Shown piece by piece: positions 36,526 to 47,200 of a stretch of DNA of 64,000 bases. Source of the stretch: Adineta vaga (Eukaryota > Animalia > Rotifera); the NCBI GenBank assembly GCA_021613535.1, contig CP075495.1, positions 9,300,001 to 9,364,000 of the forward strand. The letters run 5' to 3'. Under the pieces are notes generated by a model. The model had not been told where the DNA came from and did not search any database. It was given only the letters and a program-made list of their open reading frames with translations. How positions within the stretch are numbered: position 1 is the first letter of the stretch; every line of letters starts with the position of its first letter. The translations under genes and the position numbers were made by a program.

Positions 36526-38446
36526 CTTTTAGTATACAGTTCGTTTCTATCTGTAAGAATTATATGTTTAGTATTTGGTTACATGTGTGACATAGAGAAA
36601 GCAAAAAGAAGCAGAAGAAGGAGACGAAGAAGAGAAAAAAAGCTACAAACAACTATTGCCGTAAGTAATAGATGGTCCGGTACTCTATGACGATGTCGAG
36701 CCGACAAGAGAAAGAGAGAGAGAGAAGGGGAGAAAGATTCTCACAAGGGAAATCGATTTTTTTTCGCATACGGTGATGTTTCATAGTAATATTCTTTACC
36801 GCAAAGTAAAGATACAATAAAAAAGAGGATTAGGTCATGTGAAGAATAAACCAAAGAATATTAAGAGTAGACAGATCACTAAAACTACTTTTATTCTACA
36901 TGTATGTGTATATCCAATATCAGTCAAGGCGAGGTCAGAGTAGCAGCAACAGCAGCAGCAAGTAATGGGAATAAATAGTGAAAGAAAAGAACGAACACAC
37001 AAGCATTTATTCACCATCCAATAAAGGGAACGTAGAGCTCAGATAATCTCTGACGATGTTCATAGTATTGAGTGGAAGAAGAACAGACGAAAAAGAAGAA
37101 AAAAAAAGATGATCCTATTGATCAACGAGTCTAACAGGAAGACAGAAGAGAGGAAAGCAATAATATAATATATTCATCAGTGATTATGACTCTTTTTCTC
37201 TCATTGCTAATCAATCAATCAACATGAGACAGAATAGAAGCAAACAAGTTAATAATATGGAAAACAGAGACGTCTGTATGATAAGCATGTCTCAACTAGA
37301 TATATAATGATGAACCATTAATGGAGATTATTTTGTTTTGCCTCTTGAAAACGAAGGAGAAAAATTGTTTTTCTTTTTTCATACTAAAGTTGTTTATATT
37401 GTTTTACTGGAACAAATGAAAACAAAAAAGAAAAGAAAAGGAAAGGAAAGGAAAAGGAAAGAAATGAACGTTTCTGAATATTTTCCAACGAGAAATAATG
37501 TAGTTAAGATCCTTGAAAACGATTTATAGAAATGTGGATTATCTGAAACGAACTTTTTTAGAAAATCAATTAGAAAATCATTAAGGAAAATAACGGAATA
37601 TCTGTCAAAAGAGAACGGTTCATCCTCGAGAGAAATAAAAAAAATTCGATCGATAGATATAAAATGTAAAGAACAAGAAAATTTAATACTGGTTAAAAGC
37701 CGCAGAATTTTGGGGCAATAGTGGCCATTACTACTTTGTAGATGGCACACTATAACCAATAAAAAATTATTTTTCATCCCTAAAGTTATCAAGTTGAGAA
37801 ATTTATTGTTTCTTAACATTCGAACTTTAATGAATGAAATACGGGTAAGAAAAATGTCTCACTACTAACGTATGATAATTCGAAATGATATAGATGGCGC
37901 TGATTATTGAACTTCATAGAGAATGTTCAGTTATTTCCGAGAAGTATTTGCAATAACAGTTTACAATCAATGAAATATGCAGATACTTATAAGTACTAAG
38001 TCTGAAATATCCATCGAAGTCTTCGCCAGCAACTATATCTTACAAACATCTCAGCTGAATGTTGTTCATTATGAATACTGATCTTTTCTTTTCTTTCAAT
38101 CGAAAACGAACATATATCAGCAAACTAACTACTAGTCTTATCTACGTTCATTTGATTATTATATTGTTGTAGTTCGAGAGTGATATATGACCATGTTGTA
38201 ACAGCTGTTTTAAGTGAGAATCAATCAATTCTTTCGACCTCATTGCTCATTATATTTCTTTTCAGCCCAGCTGTTGATTGTATTCAACTTGTCTAGTCGT
38301 ATTGTAATTTTAAACAATTTTATAATGAATTCAAGTAAAATAGTATATCTTTGTGTCCTCGCTGCTTGGATTTTATTTTTCTTTCAAATCAGTTTATTTG
38401 AGCAAACAAAAAGACAAAAAAGATCACGGAAATAAAGAAATTTTGT

Positions 38447-40134
38447 TCAATGGATACGCTCGATAAATCGTGGTGGTATATTAAGTTCTGTCATGAGTTT
38501 AGGTTGTCTTATAAGACAAGTTCGATCCGGGAGAGAATTTAAAAAATAATTCCATGCTAATTCACTTAAATTAAGTACTCGAGTATTCATCGTATATAAT
38601 GTCGTAATACGTATATCATTACGACTTATATTTGCATCAGCTGATCTTGGTTCTACTACAACACCACCATGTATCCAAATTTCACCGCGCTAAATAACAT
38701 CATAAACAAATAAGTCGAAAGTAAGTTACTATGTCTTACTTCATTTATAGCGGCAGCATGGAAATAGGTTGGTCTCGGCATTTTTAATGAAGGTAACAGT
38801 GACCATTCTAATTTCTCAAAACTGAATATCCATATACGATCATTAACGACAATATGACGATTGGTAAAACGATTGAAATGTGCACCACCAAACATAATCA
38901 CCTGATTGTTATGAAAAGGAAATATTGAATGAAATTTTCTTGCAGTTGGAAAATCTATTCGTTAGAAAATGAAAATTATCATAGGTAATAAATTTTTCAT
39001 GAAAGAGAACTAACTATAAATTGGATCAGGATTGGTATGAACATATGACCAAGTTTGAGTAGTAAGATCAAATACAGGTAACTAAAACAATACAAGATTT
39101 GACATTCGATTTTTGCTAAATAGTATTGATAAACTTACATGTTTAAGTGAAAACGAGATGCCTGAGACTCCTCCACCACCAAATAAAAAGATTTTATTTT
39201 CATGTAAATATGCTTCTTGTCGATATCTGTGAAATAGAGTAATTGTCAGCATGTCTCTCATTTATAGTCAATTTATTGAATTACCTTCCAGTTTCACTTG
39301 AATCCTCAATTTCATCAAATGTATTTCCTATTTGTTGACATTTCAATGTTGGTAAATGAATATCATATATATCAGAATTATAAAGCATACTATTTGTACC
39401 ACATAAAATGTATAAATGATCATCATTCAATATCATACTCTATGAAAAACAAGATTCATGAAAAGATTAGTTTACAATGAAATTTCATTTTACCGCTCCA
39501 TAGACTTGTTGTGGTTGTTGATCATGTGTGTGGTATCTTTTCCAATGACGTCGTTTCAAATCAAGTACATATAAGTCATTGGAAAGATGATGACCAAAAG
39601 GTAAACCTGTGCCACCGAATACAAGAAGGAAGTTTCGAAACAAACACACTAGAATAGAAATGAATCGATCGAGATCAAGTAAGACAAAAAATATAATCGA
39701 CGCACTTGAATGCGAAGCAAGTGTTAAAACTGGTCCATCACCTGTCGTCTCCTCAAGTGTCCATTGACGAAGGGCAAAATTATAACGCCAAAGCTACAAA
39801 CAATACAAAAAATGTTCTTTATGTATTGGAAACTCTTCTATCATACTTCTTGAAACATGCGTTCTTCTTCATTATCACTAGTTGAATAATAACCACCCCA
39901 GATCCATAAATCCGATTCAGTAGCGATAGCACGGTGACCTGAACGTGGATGTGGTTTCTCTGAAGAATCTATTGGTACATTTTCACTAAATTGCATCAAA
40001 TTAGTTGCCTGCACTGGATGATTTGTTGAACAGAGATTAAATTTTGATTGTACGATATTAATAAAATGATCCATTGCTGATGCTGTCGACGGTTGTCGAG
40101 TAGATTTTTGGTTCGTTGTAGGATCGTTCGTCAT
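38447..40134 (-). CDS. KLHDC10: Kelch-domain protein KLHDC10-like (CRL2 substrate receptor)
   Basis: Eight exons splice in frame: PHPRSGHR..WIWGGY, LWRYNFA, LASHS, LVFGGTGLPFG, RYRQE, YFHAAA, IHGG. C-terminal VLNLSELAW resembles the BC/VHL-box. TGA at 38447-38449. Confidence 0.85.
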
Positions 40135-40939
40135 GACAAATGAACATATCCAACGAATAACAACATTATTATTTATATCGATATCAAACAAAACAAAGTC
40201 TTTAAAATAATTATGGAACTACAAATAAAAAGATGTTAAAATGAAATAAAAATTTGTTTTTTTCTTTTTTTACTAAAATCTTACATAGCGAACGCGAAGT
40301 GTCAGCCATGTAAAGATCATCAACGTTGTCAATTCAAGCATTGTTGATGTTTTAATTTCCACATACTTTAAAAAGTAAAAGATTAGTAGCAATAAACAAA
40401 CACTTGAGGGAAAATTCGAAGAAAATAAATTAAGAGAGAACAATGATATGTTGTGTTTTCGTTGAACTAAAAGAGAAAAATAAAGATAATACAGGCGCTC
40501 TATTCAGATGAATTTCATATCCTGATTTGGTTTATAATTATTAACAACAGTAGCTAGACTCAACGATGATATTTTGTTTAAGCATTTCAAATCATTCATA
40601 GAACATACCTGTCTCGATATGTGAATAGAATAAAATTGTATTCAAATAAAAACTTCACAAAATCAATATCTGAAATAATAAAGTGATACAGCATATGTTT
40701 GTTTTTGTCAATTACTCAAATAGTAACATTTCTAGAAATCTATTAATTTGTCTGACACAAAGATGCATAGGACAACTTTATAGAAGAGATTAATCGTAAT
40801 CTTCTACTAAATGTTAGAAGAAGCATTCAAGTAGATTAAATAAATCTGTTAAGAAAAACATTGACATTCTCTGTATTCACAGAAATTGATGGTTGTCTTC
40901 TCAGGTAAATGGAAAGAATAATAATGATTATTCTTCTTA

Positions 40940-41727
40940 GGCCTCGACTGTCAGACACACTAAGAAAAATAAAACAGATTTATTTTCGTTTTAATTTGAC
41001 CCGGTACAGACTATGCGCTTAAATCGCCAATAAGAAAGCAGAATATACACTATGATAAATAATGAATCAACGATACGTGTCGCTAACATACGCCTATCTT
41101 CTATATAAAATTTTACTTCATACATTTATATAGTGTAGAATCGAACTTTTGCAATAGGTTTCCTTCAGATTGATGAACGCGAGGGATTATAAAATGTCAA
41201 CAGGTATAACATAAATCATTTATTATTACGCACTGACGTAAATAATCTAATTCCATTAACATTACACAAAAAAAAAATGTTTACAAAGGATTTTGTTCAA
41301 AGAAAATCGTAAGTGCTTCACGTATGCCAACTGCACCTGTTGCTTGAGTATTACAAGGTGGTTTCTTGTATATTGTTTGTAAAATATCCCACTCACCTTC
41401 CAGATGATTATTGCTAATAATACAGAGATTATGTAAAATTGTCGTTGCTTTGATGAGGGTGCATACATGATCTATACTATACTCCAACTTCTTATGTAAA
41501 CATCTAAAACGGTTCTTCATCGAACTAAAAGGTCTTTCAACAGAGCATCATCAGTGTAAAGCTAGCACCACGTAACTAAGAATTTTGTGAAAACGAATTC
41601 CCGTCGATAACAAGGAGTCTATTCGATGCAGAATTAAATCCTACGTCGAACAGATTCAATTCTGCTTTAAATTTTCAACCAAACGTGTGTCTTATTTTAG
41701 TTTTAGTTTTATAGTGTGTCTGGGGCC
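40940..41727. mobile_element. Internally deleted (non-autonomous) PIF/Harbinger DNA transposon, 788 bp
   Basis: TTA target-site duplication at 40937-40939 and 41728-41730. Imperfect TIRs GGCC..CAGACACACTA at both ends. Contains a transposase C-terminal fragment. Confidence 0.85.
41281..41545 (-). pseudogene. HARBI1-like (DDE_Tnp_4) transposase C-terminal fragment
   Basis: VERPFSSMKNRFRCL..L..V..LI.ATTILHNLCI matches the Harbinger VERxFGxLKxRFRCL...LHN motif. The N-terminal DD residues are absent. Confidence 0.8.
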
Positions 41728-41914
41728 TTACTAAAACGATTCATCTAAAACAAAATAAACAAATTCAGTTTTCATTTCTTTTTTCTTTTAAAGAGATACA
41801 TAAGTAAATAAAACGAAAATCTTATTACAAAAAAAGGATGACTAAAAACTATGATGTTATCGATTTGTGAAATTGTTTCTCATACGAGAGACATGTAAAT
41901 GGATATGACTTCGA

Positions 41915-43926
41915 TTATATCGAAGTCTCATTGTCAGTACTTGATGATACACGACGACGTTTTTGACTAGGTCCATCATCATCTTGGAAAGATTTCGAGC
42001 CATCACCTAGAACACAAAACAATTTCATGCGAAAGTCTTCGTTGTAAAGAATTACGAAAGAAACAAAAATTACCGGATTCTGCTGACTGATTGATAAACG
42101 CAAATTGAGCTTCTTTTTGAAAAACTGAAGTCGACATTGAAGACGATTCCATGATTTTCGACGTAACAGAGAGAGAGCCATTTTCAGTATTTGAAATATG
42201 TGAAAAGGCTGTAGTACGCTGTATTTCACCAGTTCTTATTGATACCCTTTCGGATAGCATGAGACTTATTTGCTACATATAGAAAAGATAACAGTAGCGT
42301 ATAAAAATAAACTTAACAAAAACGATACATACACGTTCTTGTCCATTCATTTTTATCTTAGATTCATTTGGATAAAGTATCATTATATCACAAAATTCAT
42401 TAATGAGATCTAGTATAGAAAAGTTTCATTAGATTTCATTCCCATTCATTCTTTTTACTCTGAATTTGTTCTTTTGTGAATGATTCATCGACAGTTTTAA
42501 ACCAAGGTTGTTTCTTCTTATCCATTATTTCAACTTTATAGTTCTTAGATAAAATAACATATGAAAATAGATTCAATTCTTTACTTATTTCATATTCTTA
42601 CTTTAATTTCCAAGATCAATTGAATACAAAAACATGCAATCAGATTTGCTGAATATTTCAGGCAAAATGGAGTGATTAAAATACTAGAAAATATGAAAAC
42701 TTATCAGAGATGCACAAGTATATGTGGATATATTACCTCTCTGTCGCCAAATAACGAGCATCATTTTGAAATTCTTTTAACTCTATAAATAAACAGTAAA
42801 TACATTATAGAGAATTATTCACTGGGGAAAATATTTAAATGTGTATCGAATACTCTGTGAACTAAACTATGTTTATACACAATACTATATCATGATGTAA
42901 TCATTCAATAGTATAGGATACAGAATACGAAAACGAATTAGTCTATCTTTCGTACTGTCTATATCTATGTTTTTATTGCAGAGCGCAAAAGTTCTTTATG
43001 AACTCTATGTAGATATGTTTTGTCTTATAGTTTTACGCTCGATTCATCGAATTTTTGTGATAGATATTATTTTCAAAAGTAAATGAATCACACATATCAT
43101 ATATTCAGTTCGATGTCAAAGAAACTATTTTTTACTACTTAATCAATTACAATTTTATCATTCTACTATACATACATCTATAAAAGTCTAAAAGACCCTT
43201 TAATTATGAACCGTTCACGACAAAGAAATGCTTCTGACTATTTTAAAATCAAATTTCTTCATCACATACCTTTGAATTTGTTGACCAACTTAGTAATTAT
43301 TGGATGTGGATGATGAACATGTGCAAAACCTAAAAATAGTTATTTATATAACAAGCCACTGTTTTTTTTTCTTTATACCTAATGTTGACAATAAAATATT
43401 TTCATGATCAATGATCGCATTTCGATGAAACTCGAGCACCTAAAAGCCGCAGCAAAAGAAACCAATAATCTTTTTACTCATTTGTTTTATATACTTTTGG
43501 TATATCGAAATAGTTTCGCGATTGTAATACTGTAGATGTACAGTTACAAATATCTTTCAAATAACAAGGGTTATCTTCGATTTTACACGCAAGAAGTATC
43601 GACGCTTGGCATAAACGCTGTAAGCAATCAAATATAAAACGATAAACGATTTGTTTTACAATTTACTATAAGTTCATAGGCTGCTGGCAATTGTACTTTG
43701 AGAAATCGATGCATAAAGGTTGCAGCTGTACAAAAACAGTAATGAGGTCTAAAAATATAGATTTTAAGAATAGGTTTAGTTAGATACGAGAAAATACATA
43801 CAAATCTAATTGCGTACATAAATTGTGAATGAATATAGCTGCATGTTGTCGTGTTGATAATTGTATATTCGATGAGAAAAAGTCCAGATCAGGAAAGTGC
43901 CAATGAAAAGGTTGTTTAGTTAGCAT
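41915..43926 (-). CDS. Divergent cyclin T-like protein (two cyclin boxes, short tail ending in a basic NLS-like KRRR)
   Basis: About 11 small exons, largely absent from the ORF track: WHF..LSTRQHAAIFI; TAATFMHRF; ASILLACKIED.P; ENILLSTLGF..HHPH; YLATES; PFCLKYS...IACFCI; PWFKTVD; LINEF. These follow cyclin T motifs in order. Confidence 0.8.
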
Positions 43927-44223
43927 GTTTAATGTATGAGAAAAGATTTCAAATGAAATTAAACTAAGAGAAGACTGGGAATACGTACTGACTCATCAAA
44001 TATATGAATGTTATGATTTTAGACATTGATAGTAGCGAAAACGTTCTGAGAGGATAAAAGAATTTATAATGGCGTGAGAAAAAACTATTCGATGATTCGT
44101 TGGAAAGTGAACCAGTAGAAATTTTTTTTAAGAATGCAAAAGACAAGAAGCCCTGTTGATCGATATTTTTTTTTCACAGAAGAAAATAAACAAAATTGAT
44201 TATCGAAGAATAACGTCTATCTG
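43927..44223. promoter_or_regulatory. Probable bidirectional promoter between the cyclin T-like and UTX genes
   Basis: Divergent start codons with only 297 bp between them. Confidence 0.55.
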
Positions 44224-47200
44224 ATGAGTGAACAAACATCGATATCAATACAAATGAATGATGAAGAAATTGAAATTTTAGAAAATGATTATGATAGGTA
44301 AGAAGTTTATTTTATTGTTACGTTTGTTCTTTGTTTTTTTTTGTTAAATAATCTTTTAAATGAATTATATACTTATCTATTTAATGATAAGTTGATCAGA
44401 TTTTCTTCAAAAGAAGTGTTTCTTCAATTGAATTCTGTTACTACTAGTATAGTCTATTTGTCAACATGCTTTTAATGTTCATAGACAAAAGATTATTGGA
44501 GAAGAAAGAACAAATTCGTATTACAGTTCTTTTTCAGACAAATTTGATTGATAAGAGCATGTTGTATCATATAGATTTAGGAATAAATTAGAACATTCAG
44601 ATTCAGTCATTTTTAACCGGTACATGAGAGGACATTGTATGTGTTTCTAAATAAAATGCTAGATAATCTAATAAAAAGCAATTCAAAGAAAGCATTAACA
44701 ATGTTCTCTAAACTGATAATTCTTATTTTGTATATCAAAACTTCGTTGATTAAGAGAAAAATATTTTAAATTTAGTGTTTTTCGTGTCACTATTTATATA
44801 TTCGATATATGATGAATTATAGATAAATTTGTGTTTTCTCTTAGAATTTTTAAATAATCTTGATATTTAATATCAATGAGATTAGATAGGAAAGATGTTT
44901 TGTTTGTTACCTATATTTAATAAACGAGAAAAACACCTAGTACAAGCAAGAATTTAGATTATTGTAACAACTAATAATTTAAATGTGTATAAGGTAATGA
45001 TTGAAAACTATCAGTAAAATTTATAACATTTTATAACAAAAAACATAGTTTACTGTCTGTTCGTATCTTACAATGATTTTATGGTATTCATAGTTTTCGT
45101 AAGCGTACTCTTAATTTTATTATCCTAGAACTCATAAAACAAATACTTGTATAACTATTTATTTTATTTCATACTAATTTCATTGATAAAAATATGATCT
45201 GTCTAAATATTTTTCCATTTTACTGAAAAAACTTATATTCATCGATTTAAGCATTTAACTTACCATTCGATCTTACATATCGATTGAATCAACAGTTATT
45301 TGATTGTATAATTGAGCGTGAATCGACAGTACATATAAATATACCATGTGCAATAGACATGTACATCGAATACATATATATATATATTTATGCGATTGTC
45401 GATAGTGGTGAGTGAGTGATAGCTACATTTTTCTACTCTGTATGTTTCTTTCTTTTCTCTTTTTACTCGTTCGTTCTCAATACTAATATTGCTCTTGTGT
45501 ATTAACGTCTTTGGCTTGACACACTATATGCATGTGTAAGATGCACACATGAAACGCACGACATAAGTGTAGTAGATAGTATAGTAGTGAAATCAAAAGA
45601 CTCGTCTTTTCCTCTGTTCTTCTTCTTCTTCCTCTTCTGCACGCATAAATACATGTCTGTTCTATAGAACAAACTGCGATTTATCTTGCATAATAATATA
45701 GAAAAGAATCTAACGAGAGAACGAAGAAGAAATAATGAACGGAACTTATTTTTCTCTACATTGATGGGAAAGAAAAATATAGAGATAAATTAAGTGTAAA
45801 ACTGAACAATCATATAATAAAAATAGCAAGCAAATCTTCTTCAAATTTCTATATGATAGAAAGATAGATTGACAGTCAAATAACATTCATGATTATGTTG
45901 ACTGAGAATATGTTTGTATTAAATCTTTTCTTCATGTTGAATAAATTTTGTTTCTATGGTTTTTGTTTTAGTCTACTGTATGGACTTATTCATTTGGATA
46001 AACAAGAAGAAATACAACGACGTCAATTTTTACAGATGGTAAATAAAATTTCGAATACTATTGAAATTAATGTTATTCATTTAGGCTATTCAATTTTATG
46101 AAGAAAAAATACGCAATACAAAAGACTCATTAGAAATAGCTCAGTATTATATTCACATTGGTCATTGGCATCTGTTGTTAGAAGATTTTTCAAAAGGTAT
46201 TTCATTTGAATTGAACGATTATTTCGTGAAATTTTTTCAAATTGAAATAGATATTAGTTGACTTATCTAGAGATCTGTTCACGAAAAGATTAGTTTGTCA
46301 AAGTTCTCTGATGTAATAATTAGTCAGTACACTATATTATTCTTTCTATTCGGATAAAACAATTTTTTCAAGAGGATGTGTTCTACATTTAATGATTTCA
46401 ATGACTTCCGTAGTAAAGCACTCGAGAGAATAACTTCCTTGTATGCGATGTATGTGCACAAAATATTTTAAAAAAACTTGCTTGATAGAATCTAGAGGTA
46501 GAACAAAACTCATGTTATCCTGCTACAAGATTTGCTGTAAATAATACAATCACATAATTAGATGAGAAAAAGACGACCTTTTAGCAAGAGATAAATTGTA
46601 GCAGTCTTATAGAATATTCAGTGCATATTTGAATCAACTAATGAAATCAAATTGCATTGCATTGCATTATTTTCTATTCTAGCTCTTTCTGCTTATCAAA
46701 CAGCTTACGCATTGGAAACAAAATTGAATCAAGTAAATTATAATAAATTATGTTTTAATATTATCAATCTTTTTTTCATTTAGAATCCAGAATTTTTATT
46801 TGGTCTTGGTATTGTTTATCATCATTATGGTCTTGATAATCCGTACGTTTTTTGCATTTCCTATCTTTATACGAACAATTTTCATACTTTCTTCTAGTGC
46901 AATTCGTGCTTATCAACAAGTTCTTTATCTTGATAGTCAATTTGTTCGTCGAAGTGATGTACACCTTCGTCTTGGTTTGATTTATAAACAATTAGGTGAT
47001 TATTCAACAAGTTTAAAACATTTTCAACGTGCATTAGGTGATTCAACTAGTACATGTTCATTAACACGTCCGGAATTATCCTATCTAATTGGTTTTGTAT
47101 ATGAACAACAAGGACATTTAACTGAAGCTGAAAATCTTTATGAAAAATTACTTCAGCAGCATGATACTTTACCAACGAAATTAAAAGGAAAAATTTTACG

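Noticed and set aside
37338-37819. 141-aa and 63-aa ORFs between SMYD and KLHDC10
   Set aside because: Low-complexity F/L/K-rich translations with no motifs, and no TIR/TSD pair found.
42950-42998. Possible duplicated or alternative exon in a cyclin T intron, resembling the start of the YLATES exon
   Set aside because: It contains stop codons and its donor phase is incompatible; the similarity is short and AT-rich.
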